Shown piece after piece: positions 35,865-47,900 of a stretch of DNA of 64,000 nucleotides. A program made the translations under genes and the position numbers. Origin of the DNA: Raja brachyura (Eukaryota); contig OY740787.1 of the NCBI GenBank assembly GCA_963514005.1, positions 17,980,001 to 18,044,000 of the forward strand. The letters are read 5' to 3'. The notes beneath the pieces are model-generated. The model was not told the origin of the DNA. It was given only the letters and a program-made list of their open reading frames with translations, and did no database searches. How positions within the stretch are numbered: position 1 is the stretch's first letter; every line of letters starts with the position of its first letter.

Positions 35865-36435
35865 AACATAGAAACATAGAAAATAGGTGCAGGAGGAGGC
35901 CATTCAGCCCTTCGAGCCAGCACCGCCATTCATTGTGATCATGGCTGATTGTCCCCTATCAATAAACCGTGCCTGCCTTCTCCCCATATGCCTTAATTAG
36001 CCCCTAGAGCCCTATCTAACTCTCTCTTAAATCCATCCAGTGATTTGGCCTCCACTGCCCTCTGTGGCAGGGAATTCCATAAATTCACAACTCCCTGGTT
36101 GAAAAAGGTATTTCTCACCTCAGTCTTAAATGACCTCCCCTTTATTCTAAGACTGTGGCCCCTGGTTCTGGACTCGCCCAACATTGGGAACATTTTTCCT
36201 TCATCTAGCTTGTCCAGTCCTTTTATAATTTTATATGTTTCTATAAGATTCCCCCTCACCTTCTAAAGTCCTGTGAATACAAGCCTAGTCTTTTCAATCA
36301 TATGACAGTCCCGCCATCCCAGGGATCAATCTCGTGAATCTATGCTACACAGCCTCAATCACAAGGATGTCCTTCCTCAAATTAGGAGACCAAAACTATA
36401 CACAATACTCCAGATGTGGTCTCACCAGAGCCCTA
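35865..36435 (-). mobile_element. CR1 3' fragment
   Basis: ORF 35993-36259; (atgtttct) tail. Confidence 0.9.
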
Positions 36436-36750
36436 CTTGTCTTATTTTCCAGAGTTGCTGCTTGACCCGCTAAGTTTAGTTTTTAGTTTAGTTTAGAGAT
36501 ACTGCATGGAAACAGGCCCATTCAGCCCACTGAATCCACACTGACCAGCGATCACCCATACACTAGTTCTATCCTACACACTAAGGACACTTCACAGAAC
36601 CCAATTAGCCTACAAACCCGTACGTCTTTGAAAGGTGTGAGGAAAGCAGAGCACCCTGAGGAAACCCATAAAGTCACAGGGAGAATGTATAAATTCCATC
36701 CAGACCGCACCTGTAGTCAGGATTGAACCTGGGTCTCTGCCACTGTAAGG

Positions 36751-37416
36751 TAAAGCAAATGGTATGTTAGCATTCATAGCGAAAGGATTTGAGTATAGGA
36801 GCAGGGAGGTTCTACTGCAGTTGTACAGGGTTTTGGTGAGGCCACACCTGGAGTACTGCGTACAGTTTTGGTCTCCAAATCTGAGGAAAGACATCCTTGC
36901 CATAGAGGGGATACAGAGAAGATTCACCAGACTGATTCCTGGGACTTTGTCAGGACTTTCATATGAGGAAAGATTGGATAGACTCGGTTTGTACTCGATG
37001 GAATTTAGAAGATTGAGGGGGGATCTTATAGAAACCTACAAAATTCTTAAGGGGTTGGACAAGCTAGATGCTGGAAGATTGTTCCCGATGTTGGGGGAGT
37101 CCAGAACAAGGGGTCACAGTCTAAGGATAAGGGGGAATTCCTTTAGGACCGAAATGAGGAAAACATTCTTTACACAGAGAGTGGTGAGTCTCTGGAATTC
37201 TCTGCCACAGAAGGTAGTTGAGGCCAGTTCATTGGCTATATTTAAGAGGGCGTTAGATGTGGCACTTGTGGCTAAAGGGATCAGGGGGTATGGAGAGAAG
37301 GCAGGTACGGGATACTGAGTTGGATGATCAGCCATGATCACATTGAATGGCGGTGCAGGCTCGAAGGGCTGAATGGCCTACTCCTGCACCTATTTTTCTA
37401 TGTTTCTATGTTCTAT
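36751..37416 (+). mobile_element. Young CR1 3' fragment
   Basis: Open 184-aa ORF 36764-37318, nearly identical to the C-terminus of 11505-13319. Confidence 0.95.
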
Positions 37417-38718
37417 GTAACAAATATACTGCTGTGCCTGTAAATAGCTCATTCTAAGCTCCCCCCTTGTCTAGTTTCAGTCAATAAATTACTGAATCAA
37501 GCACTTGAGCAACTAAACTTTATTTTGGATAACACAACACACATTCACCTATACGATACCTAACCCAATGTGGGTTAAATCCTTGTATCTGCTTGGCCAA
37601 GCCCTTCTAGCCTCGTGCAAGCAGTGACACTCCAAAAGGTCACGCAGTCCCAAGCGATCCTCCAGAAGATCGACAAAGGACCTCGTGGGGGCTGCCTTTT
37701 ATAGGTCCCTGAACCTTGAGGGGCTGAACTACATAGAGGTGGTATCTGTACGGTACAATGACACATATCAATTACAACAGTACATGATGGACTGTTCCCC
37801 AACCAAATAACATAGTAATTCATACATTGTATCTGATAAGGCTTCAAGAAGGAAGCTAACATAGATGAATAATGCAACATGTGCCTTGAGATTCAGCCAA
37901 CCCAGACAAAGCTTAACATTTCAACCAATCAACAACTAACAAAGTTAGGCTTAGCAACATTATTTACAATATGTATACCTGGCTTGCATTGATCCAATTA
38001 GCTCTATGTATTTCACACATCATTGTAAGACTTCTGTAGATGTCCCATTCTTTCTCTGCAGCACTTATCTGGGCCATAGACATACTGGCACCATTCAGCA
38101 GCTTGTCTCAGTTCTGCAGAGGCACATTTAACTTGACCAAAATGGACCAGCAGCACATAAGCCCTTAATCAATTTTAATGCCATGGCTGCTCCATTTTAG
38201 CCAGGATTAACATTCCTTCCTTTTATCATATATGATAAACCATCATTTATGATAATCAAATATACATGGGGTGACTATTACATTATCAATCATTTCAACA
38301 ACCACAAGATTATGATGTCTCTTCCCAGAATCTCATCAAGCTTCCCGAGTTTTTGTGGGCGTAGCTTCACAATTTCCGTCTGATGTGTCTTCACCTCCTG
38401 AGTTGTCGTGGGCGTGAATCTCCTCCATCCCCTCCCACTCTTCATTCCACAGCTTGTGTTTGATAACATAATTCCATTCAATTGCTGTGAAATTACCATC
38501 TGTTCAAATGTAATCAATTAATTTATTATAAAGCCAATTAAGAATGCCGAATCTAGAGACAATTTCTTACACCTTGATAATAGGAGCCGCTTTACTATCA
38601 AGGGTTAGACAAATTTAGATTCACCAGTCAAATACATCGACTCTGACACAAGTACCCATTCCCCTAGTACTCCTTCTAATTCAATAAGACTTCTTATTGA
38701 ATTATTCACTTTTAATGC

Positions 38719-40439
38719 GACACCGCAAGTTGGAGGAACAGCACCTCATATTCCGCTTGGGGAGTCTGCATCCTCTGGGCTTAAGCATTGATTTTTTTCA
38801 ATTCTGTTAACCCTTGCTGTCTCCTCCCCTTCCCACCTCTTCCTCAGCCCTCAGGCCATGGCATTCCCTCTCTCTCTATCTCTCCCCCACCCAAGTCGCA
38901 CTAGCTTCTCATTTTCACACTACAAACAGTTTACAATGGCCTGTTTCCTTTATCATCGTTACTTTTTTGCATATCTTTCATTCATTGTTCTTTATCGATC
39001 CACATCATCGTCTATATCTCTCATTTCCCTGATCCCGAACCAGTCTGTAGAAGGGTCTCAACCCGAAACGTCGCCTATCTCCTTCGCTCCTTAGATGCTG
39101 TGCGGCGCAGCTGGCAGACGTCTGGACTGATATCTTCAACCTGTCACTTGCCCAGGCAGTTGTCCCCATGTGCCTTAAAACCACCTCCATCGTGCCAGTG
39201 CTAAAACACTCCACTGCGGCAAGCCTCAACGACTTCCGCCCAGTTGCACTTAGCCCCATCATCACCAAGTGCTTCGAGAGGCTGGTCCTGGCACACCTCA
39301 AAAGCTGCCTACCCCCCACACTGGATCCCTATCAGTTTGCCTACCGCAAGAACAGGAGTACGGAGGATGCCATCTCAACGGCACTTCACTCCGCCCTCTC
39401 CCACCTCGACAACAGAGACACTTACGTAAGAATGCTGTTCATCGATTACAGCTCAGCATTCAACACCATTATACCATCAAAATTGATCGCCAAACTCGGT
39501 AATCTGTGCATCGCTCCTTCCCTCTGCAACTGGATACTGGACTTTCTAACCAACAGACCCCAGTCTGTTAGGTTAGACAAGCACACCTCTTCAATCCTCA
39601 CCCTGAACACCGGCGTTCCACAGGGCTGTGTGCTGAGCCCCCTCCTCTACTCCCTCTTCACCTATGACTGCACACCTGTACATGGTACTAACACCATCAT
39701 CAAGTATGCAGATGATACAACGGTGATTGGCCTCATCAGCAACAACGGAGGTGGAACGTGTTTCTAGCTTCAGGTTCCTGGGAGTCAACCTCTCCGACGA
39801 CCTCTCTTGGACCCACAATACCTCAACTCTGATCAAGAAGGCTCACCAGCGTCTCTTCTTCCTGAGGAGACTGAAGAAGGTCCATCTGTCTCCTCAGATC
39901 CTGGTGAACTTCTACCGCTGCACCATCGAGAGCATCCTTACCAACTGCATCACAGTTTGGTATGGCAACTGCTCTGTCTCCGACCGGAAGGCATTGCAGA
40001 GGGTGGTGAAAATTGCCCAACGCATCACCGGTTCCCCGCTCCCCTCCATTGAGTCTGTCCAAAGCAAGCGTTGTCTGCGGAGGGCGCTCAGCATCGCCAA
40101 GGACCTCTCTCACCCCAACCATGGACTGTTTACCCTCCTACCATCCGGGAGGCGCTACAGGTCTCTCCGTTGCCGAACCAGCAGGTCCAGGAACAGCTTC
40201 TTTCCGGCGGCTGTCACGCTACTCAACAACGTACCTCGGTGACTGCCAATCACCCCCCCCCCAGACACTTATTGTTATTTATTCAAATCATTTGCTGTGT
40301 CGCTCTTCCAGGGAGATGCTAAATGCATTTCGTTGTCTCTGTACTGTATACTGACAATGACAATTAAAATTGAATCTGAATCTGAATCTGAATCTGAATG
40401 CTGCTGCACCCACTGAGTTTCTCCAGCTTTTTGTGTACC
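38719..40439 (+). mobile_element. Penelope-like 3' fragment (GIY-YIG end plus pseudo-LTR) with a 14-bp TSD
   Basis: RKLEEQHLIFRLGSLHPLGLSID; TSD ttcacttttaatgc at 38705-38718 and 40440-40453. Confidence 0.8.
39101..40397 (+). mobile_element. Young Rex1/Babar LINE, 5'-truncated
   Basis: [51 protein letters not shown]; (tctgaa)n tail; TSD atgctg at 39095-39100 and 40398-40403. Confidence 0.92.
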
Positions 40440-41109
40440 TTCACTTTTAATGCCATGGCTGCTCCAATTTAGCCAAGATTAACACGCCAATGTGCCGCCC
40501 AACATTTTGTTACTCCAGCATTTTGTGCCTGTATCAAAGTTTGTTTCTTAAAAAGCAGATAGCAACAAACCTTAAAGGTAGACCATGGCAATCTTTAATT
40601 GATTTGTCAGATGGGAGTGGCAAAGATCTACAATGAGCACAAACATTGCTCAGTGCTTCTCGGGCTCCCACTCACAGAAAAAAGTAACGTTAGCACAATT
40701 ATACATTTTTCTTATCAGTAAAACACTCCTACCAAGTCTGAATATGGCATGACTGAAAGATTCTGTAGGCTTTCACAATATAAGAATGCTGGGTTCAAAT
40801 CAAGCCCATCCAATAACAAGTTATTACTTATCTCTTGAGCGTCAGCTATTTGTTTCAATCTTGGCTTCTTTATGGCCTTAAATGAAGCACATGTTATTAC
40901 TGCAGGCTGCCATCTTAATGTCTTCATGGAAAATACAACCTGTCCTCCATATTGTGTTCCATATAATTTACAAAGTCATTCAGACTTGGCACCGAGCCAT
41001 TCTTTTGTTCTACATACTATTAGCTCCTTCACCTGTCCTATGACACTTGGTTAGCAACCCCACCCGCACTGTCCCATTGCTTTCTGGTGGTCAAAACATG
41101 ACTAAACAT

Positions 41110-41435
41110 AGGGCGACATGGTGGCGTGGTGGTAGAGTTACTGCCTTACAGCGCCAGTGACCCGGGTTCGATCCTGACTATGGGTGCTTGTCTGTACGGA
41201 GTTTGTATGTTTCCCCCCCTCCCCCCCCCCCCATGATCTGGGTGGGTTTTCTCCAAGATCTTTGGTTTCCTCCCACAATCCAAAGACATACAGGTTTATA
41301 ATCGGCTTGATATAAATGTAAAATTGTCCTTGATGTGTGTAGGATAGCGTTAATGTGCGGGGTTCGCTAGCCGGTGTGGTTTCGTTGGGCCGAAGGACCT
41401 GTTTCCGCACTGTATCTTGAAACTAAACCAAAACA
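41110..41435 (+). mobile_element. HE1-type V-SINE
   Basis: Full head, V-domain and tail. Confidence 0.85.
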
Positions 41436-41883
41436 CCCGTCATGGCTGTGGTCTGTATAGGGCACCAATTAATCCCCTGAACACATTCAAGTATAACGAT
41501 ATGCAATGTTTTCAACTGAAGGCCAAGTGGAAAAAAATGACTGCACTTGTGGCTGAGTATGGATCCAATCAGCGCACTGAGAAAATGCAATCAATAACTC
41601 TGTCAGGAGAGAACATCACTGAAGTTGGCCACCAATTCATCATCTCTAAAGATTTTAAAATGTCTTAGTTATTTATGATAATATGCTGTGGTTATCAATA
41701 GAGAGCAATTGATTACAATGTTATGTGTTATATATCTTCTGACCTAGTATTTCTCTGATGGTTCACACTGCCCGTTAGTCCAGCGAGTGCTCTACCTCTA
41801 TGCTTCTCCACAAACCACTATTGCAGAGGAATGAGCCTTCTCTCACTTTCCCTCCATCTCTAAAGGAAGTAATTATGTAATTT

Positions 41884-42175
41884 AGGGCAGTGCAGAGGTA
41901 GAGCTGATGCCTCCCAGCGCCAGAGACTCAGGATCAATCCTGACTACGGGTACTGTCTGTGCAGAGTTTATACGTTCTCCCTGTGACTGCATGGGTTTTC
42001 TCCAGATGCTCCGGTTTCCACATAGCAAAGATGTGCAGGTTTGTAGGTTCATTGGCTTCTGTAAATTGCCGCTGGTGTGTGGGATAATATATAGCTAGTG
42101 TAAGGGTGATCGATGGTCGGCATGGACCTGGTGGGCTGAAGGGCCTATTTCCACTCTATATCTCTAAACATAAGT
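41884..42175 (+). mobile_element. HE1-type V-SINE
   Basis: Head, V-domain and tail. Confidence 0.8.
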
Positions 42176-42339
42176 AGAAACATAATTGGTCTTCTGCCCT
42201 GCTCTTTTTATGCCTGAGATCTGACTAACATCATTGGGGCAGTCCAGACTAATTCCTCCAGTTGAGGAAACTAACGGAAACTAATTCTGCCAGTTGAAGA
42301 GTCCCAACAAGAGAGGGGCAAACTTCAAAATTAATCGTA

Positions 42340-42995
42340 GTAAAGAAAGCAAACTCAATGCAAGCATTTATTTCAAGAGGGCTTGTACACAAAAACAGGG
42401 ATGTAATGTTGAGGCGCTGGTAAGGCCGCATTTGGAATATTGTGACCAATTTTGGGCACCATATCTGGGGAAGGATATGCTGGCTCTGGAGAGGGTCCAG
42501 AGGAGGTTTACAATAATGATACCAGGAATGAGTAGGTTAACCTATGATGAGTGTTTGTCAGCACTGGGCCTGCACTCGCTGGTGTTTAGAAGAATGAAAG
42601 GGGGACCTCATAGAGACACACAGAATAGTGAAAGACTTGGATAGAGTGAATGTGGAGAGGATGTTTCCATTAGTGGGAGAGTCAAGAACGAGAGGTCATA
42701 GCCTCAGAATTAAAGGATGTTCTTTTAGGAAGAGGCTGAGGAGAAATGTCTTTAGTCATGGGGTGGTGAATCCGTGGAATACTTTGCCACAGAAGGCTGT
42801 AGAGACCAACTTAGTGGATATTTTTAAGGCAGAGATAGATAGATTTTTGATTAGTACAGGTGTCAGAGGTTATGGGGAGAAGGAAGGAGAATGGGGTTCA
42901 GAGGGAGAGATAGATTGGCCATGATTGAATGGCGGAGAAGACTTGATGGACCAAATCAACTATTCCTTATGACCATATGACCTTAGGACCTTATG
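42340..42995 (+). mobile_element. CR1 3' fragment
   Basis: ALVRPHLEYCDQFW...RGHSLRIKG. Confidence 0.88.
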
Positions 42996-43750
42996 AGCCA
43001 TGCCACTTAGGGATAATAATCAGAAACACTTATTTACAAAAGGTAAGTAGAAATTTAGAATTACAAATCCCTCTAAAAGCTGTCAAAAATCAACTAAAAA
43101 AATTCCAAAATTAAGAAGGCTAAATGTTTGTGAGGCAAAATATATGAATTTCTGAAGTAATTAAGATTCTAATCAGCCATGATTTAATTGAATGGTGTGA
43201 TGGGTTTGGGGGACTGAATGGCCTACTCCAGATCATTTTAAATTATTTTATTAGTCTACCATATATCATGCAGGGTTTTGATGGAATACAACTGTGTGGC
43301 TCTACACTGCAAACCTTTTAAAACAGGGAAGAGTGACGTAATTTATGAGCTCAGGGCATCGCAAAGCACTTCAGTAACTCAGCCGGTCAGGCAGCATGCC
43401 TGGAGAAATGGAATCGAGACGCTGTAGCAGCACCATACGTGGCGAATAAAGAGGAGACATCAGGTTGGTGCAACTGGTTCTTTATTCTGTTGTCACACAT
43501 ATAGTGGGTGCGCTAACTATATGTAGAGTTGTTGTAGCTGAGCGAGGTTGTGCCCTCGGGCTCAGCTACCGGTAGAAACTCCTGGTGGATCTCGTGGTGA
43601 GAGAGCTTATGTACCAGGACACTCCCTCTGCCCATGACGTTGTGTGCCCGCCCTCTCCTGACGAGGGTTCGAGCTTAAGTGGCTGACGCCACAGGACCCC
43701 CCCCAGAACAGGAGGAAGGAATAGCTTGGTCGAGGGAAGCTCCTGCATGT

Positions 43751-44105
43751 AGGTCTGGGACACCCCGGACGTGGGTCGGGACGGAGGGCTCCACGGGCGC
43801 AGTTGACGCTCTGCGTGGGCGATCCCGATGTACCGAGGGGTGCGAGGAGACCGATGCAGAAGCCGCCGGACAGAAGAGGTCTGGGACACCCCGGGCGTGG
43901 GTCGGGACGGAGGGCTCCACGGGCGCAGTTGACGCTCTGCGTGGGCGATCCCGATGTACCGAGGGGTGCGAGGAGACGGATGTAGAAGCCGCCGGACAGA
44001 AGAGGTCTGGGACACCCCGGGCGTGGGTCGGGACGGTGCTCTACACGGGCGCAGTTGACGCTCTGCGTGTGAGATCCCGATGTACCGAGGGGTGCGACGA
44101 GACTG
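43751..44105. repeat. 126-bp tandem repeat, about 2.8 units
   Basis: aggtctgggacaccccgg at 43751, 43877 and 44003. Confidence 0.92.
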
Positions 44106-44290
44106 AAGAAACACGGTTGCATCTCCTTGACCAGCTAAGGGAGAGTGTCCTGTGACACACGGCCCCCAAAAACGATGGGGGGTAAACCAAATACAATATA
44201 CAAACCAATTGCAGTGCACACAAACATGAACAGTGAAAAAAAAAGAATTAGTGTCCAGTGTCTAAATTTCAAATTGTCCATTGTTCATCG

Positions 44291-44476
44291 TGCAGCCACA
44301 ACATCCAGCTGGAGGGTGGCGCTGTGGACAGTGGTGAGGCTGCAGTGACGGCATCCGGCCGGAAGGTGGCGCTGTGGATGACGATGAGGTTGCAGGGACA
44401 GCAGCCGAACTGACGGTGGCGCTGTTGCTGGCAGTGAAGCTGCAGGGACGGCATCCGGCCAGAAGGTGGCGCTGTA
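44291..44476 (+). promoter_or_regulatory. Array of four CTCF-like sites at exactly 50-bp period
   Basis: tgcag at 44291/44341/44391/44441 and ggtggcgctgt at 44315/44365/44415/44465. Confidence 0.6.
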
Positions 44477-44695
44477 GACGGCGGCCAGGTAAGTTCGTAG
44501 TGCACTTCCGGCCGGCGGCGGCCATGTTTGTAGTCGGAAGCCGCCCGTTTCAAGATGGCGCGGCGGCCATTTTGCTGGCTTGGTGAAGAGGAATCACCTG
44601 GTGACTGGAGGCCGGCGAGGAGCTGAAGGGCGGCTTCGGCGGCCGCCTCAGGTAAGCCCACTTTTACAGGTGCAGCGGTCGGCGGGGCCAGGCGT

Positions 44696-44965
44696 GGTGC
44701 AGGGCCTGGAGACATGGTGAGGCCTGGAGCCGGGTCCGGTGCTGGGCCTGGAGACGCGGTGAGGCCGGGAGCCGGGTCCGGTGCAGGGCCTGGGGACGCG
44801 GTGAGGCCTGGAGCCGGGTCCGGTGCAGGGGCTGGAGCCGCGGTAAGGCCTGGAGCGGTGCTGGGGCCTGTAGACGTGGGGAGGCCTGGCGCGGTGCTGG
44901 GCCTGGAGACCCAGTGAGGCCTGGAGCGGTGCTGGGGCCTGGAGACCCAGTGAGGCCTGGAGCAG
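44696..44965. repeat. 42/36-bp GC-rich minisatellite
   Basis: ggtgc(a/t)gggcctggagac.. units at 44696, 44738, 44780 and 44822. Confidence 0.88.
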
Positions 44966-47475
44966 TGTCCCCGGTCAGTTGCATTCCGGTGCAAGGCCCG
45001 GAGCCGGGGTCCGTTGTCGGGAGCGGGAGAGTGGCAGGTACTCACTCTGCTCCCAGGGCCGTCGGGCGTGTGTCGGGGCTGCCGTGGGCAGGAGGCTGCA
45101 ATGCTCGCAGCTCCTGCAGCAGCTGGTGGGGCAGCGGCGACATACGTCACTGCAGGGCCTGGTTGGCGGCAGCGTAGTTCTGCAGGGCTGGGCAGCCGGC
45201 TGTAGACATCAGGTCTCCCGAGGCTGCGTCTTCAGGTGAGCCCAAATTTAAATTTGGACAGTCGGGGGTCACCAATGTAGCAGCACCATACGTGGCGAAT
45301 AAAGAGGAGACATCAGGTTGGTGCAACTGGTTCTTTATTCTGTTGTCACACATATAGTGGGTGCGCTAACTATATGTAGAGTTGTTGTAGCTGAGCGAGG
45401 TTGTGCCCTCGGGCTCAGCTACCGGTAGAAACTCCTGGTGGATCTCGTGGTGAGAGAGCTTATGTACCAGGACACTCCCTCTGCCCATGACGTCGTGTGC
45501 CCGCCCTCTCCTGACGAGGGTTCGAGCTTAAGTGGCTGACGCCACAACGCTTCTTTAGACTGAGAGTCAGGGGAGAGGGAAACTAATGGTATGAAGAGGT
45601 ACAGAACAAATCAGAGCTGGCACCAATGGTCAAAGAGTCCAGAATGGTCCATTATTGGCAATGAAGGCGATGATCACAAGGGGTTATGAACGGTGAAACT
45701 AGCAGGACGACTAGGGTGGGGGAGGGACTGAATCTGAAGAAGGGTCCCAACCCAAAACGTCATCTAACCATGTTCTCCAGAGATGCTACCTGACCTGCTG
45801 AGTTATTCCAGCACTTTGTGGCTTTCTAGGTTTTGTTGAGTTCACTCGAGAGGGCAGAGCTTAGCATCTCTGTCTAATAGGTAATGACACGATCCAGTTT
45901 TAGTAGATCATCCATTATTATGCACCAAAGAGGCTTTGAAAGTGCAACGTTTTGACCCAGGAGACAAGACTCCAATCCCAAGGACACCACCGACCCCACT
46001 CAAAGGAATAAACAGCTTCAAAGCATTCAGCTTTGCGGAGAAGCATTAATGTGTGAGGCTACTTCAATTCCAACAGAGCAGGACAACTGACAAAAATAAA
46101 CCATATATCATCACATTTTTCACATGAAGGCAAATTGCTCTCCTGCGGAGAAACAAGAAGAAATTGATTAAATTCACACAGAGCAACATTATTTTTATGT
46201 TTAAAAAAAAACTCACGCCTTTACAAATGGACAGAAAGATCAATGGAGCAATATAGGAGCGCTTGCCCCTTTAAAGGGCAAGTCAAAACTAATCAATGTA
46301 GCGCTTGTCATGGCTGGGCAACCTGAAAACCTTAAGGGCTGACTCCAGCCTCAACAGCCATAAATCTAGAGAAATCCATTTTGTCCCATTTCTCTTTTGT
46401 TTCCCAGCCAGGCTGTCGAGGTGGAGCGTTGGCCTTCAATAGTGACAAAGCCACACAAATTGAGATAAAATCACGACTAGTTTTCATATAGCCCTTCAAA
46501 TGTGTCACTGCTCATTATGCAATTTTAGATCCAATTTCAAACACGCCTGTCATCAGAAAAAAAATCGCTGGGAGCAATTATAAATATTCAGCGGCTTGAA
46601 GCAGTTTCATTCCTACAAATCATAACCCTTTACAATAATATATTGACAGGAAAGCCTCTGAATAATTTCTGCCTCTGGAACTAATATTGAGCCATCTGAC
46701 AATGATATTTTTATTAATCTGAACAAATTTTCATATTCATCTCATACTAGCGACTGTAAGCTAAAGTTTATGTTAAGTTAGATATTCATCCAGCATAACC
46801 TTAGCAAAAAGCCTACATACCCAACTCTTAAAAATAATCTTAGAACTAGTAATACCATGAGAAATATGAATATATTTGGTATATTTGGTTTACAGAATGG
46901 TGAAATTGCAGCTTGAAAATTAACTGTAGCATTACGGTATTTTTAACAGATGCTTGCTTGAAATTAAAATTTTCATTTGAACATCTTGTCTTTGAAATGT
47001 AATGAGGTCTTCTGCACATTCTGAAATCAAAGACTTTAATATATTTTAACATCTCTCCAAAACCATTTTTATGAAAACTGATTGTGCCCACACAGCTGGT
47101 TGGGATCTGTGGAATTAAAAAAACAGCTGCCAGAGAGAGATTAGGCCTTCTGAACAATTAAATATTTCATGATTCTAAATGATAAAATTCAAAGAACATT
47201 GAATTGCTATCAAATGCAAATTACTTTGTGATTAAATATTTCTTATTTTGGCATAACCATGTTCTCAGTGGCCTGCGGAAAATAGGCTAAAGTGTGTCTT
47301 CAAATTTTAAAAGTGTTCTAATACATTTTATTAATCCATTATTGCGATCGGGCATCCCTGGTGTTTATTGTCCATCTTTGGTTGCCTTTTTTTATGTATT
47401 TCAGTTTAGTTTAATTGTCACCGAGGTACAGTGAAAAGTTTTTGTTGCGTGCTAAGCAGTCATCAGAAAGACTTA

Positions 47476-47900
47476 AGGGCCTGTCCCACTGAGGCGACTT
47501 CTTTGGCGAGTTTAGGAGACTGCGCGCGCCACAAGATCGCCACATGGTCGCAGGTGGTCTCCTTCATGGACGCGAAGAGCTCCCCCATTCTGGGAACTAG
47601 TCACAGCCTCAGTGTGGTCGCCGGAAATGTTTCAACATGTTGAAAAATTGGTCGCCATGTTATCGTAGGTAATCGTGATAGTTGTAGGTAGTCTTAGTTA
47701 ATCGCCTTTGCTGACCGGTTATTTTGATTGGCTCATTGCGAAAAAAAAGGTATGTAAACAGTACCACGTGATGCGCTGTCATTCCAATGCATGGTCATTG
47801 TGCAATTTTTCTTTCAGTGGATCAGATGGTGTGAGACATGGCTCCGAGGAGAAGGCTTCAGCGCAGGGGCAGGGCACAACCATAAACACCACCCACCTGT
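47476..47900 (+). mobile_element. Harbinger/PIF-like DNA transposon left end
   Basis: TIR-like agggcctgtcccact after tta/taa; internal palindrome tttcaacatgttgaaa. Confidence 0.6.

Larger units (their letters stand above)
37439..40484 (-). mobile_element. Deleted ERV-like provirus: full 3' LTR 37439-38212, PPT, ~500 bp internal sequence, 40-bp 5' LTR remnant 40445-40484
   Basis: Termini TGTTAA...TTTACA; PPT AAAAGGAAGGAA (38213-38224); TATAAAA 37697-37703; AATAAA 37519-37524; 4-bp TSD tgcc/cgcc. Confidence 0.75.
36475..40500 (-). mobile_element. HE1 SINE split in three pieces (36475-36750, 37417-37438, 40485-40500)
   Basis: Joining the pieces restores the head (reverse complement) ctgccactgtaagg-taacaaatatactgctgtgcc-aatgtgccgccc. 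Confidence 0.8.
43423..45546 (-). mobile_element. Very young non-autonomous LTR retrotransposon (Gypsy-like), 2124 bp
   Basis: 271-bp LTRs at 43423-43693 and 45276-45546 (TG..CA, one mismatch); TSD acgc; PBS TGGTGACCCCCGAC (tRNA-Trp-like) at 45261-45274; G-rich PPT at 43694-43705; no gag/pol motifs. Confidence 0.92.

Noticed and set aside
44291-44476. Repeat-with-variable-spacer pattern as CRISPR-like
   Set aside because: Conserved blocks are short and split, and the 'spacers' are related to each other; a diverged tandem repeat of protein-binding sites fits better.
43566-45239. Long Pro/Ala/Arg-rich ORFs (217 aa, 293 aa and others)
   Set aside because: Open in several frames on both strands because of GC-rich repeats with periods divisible by 3; no domain recognised.
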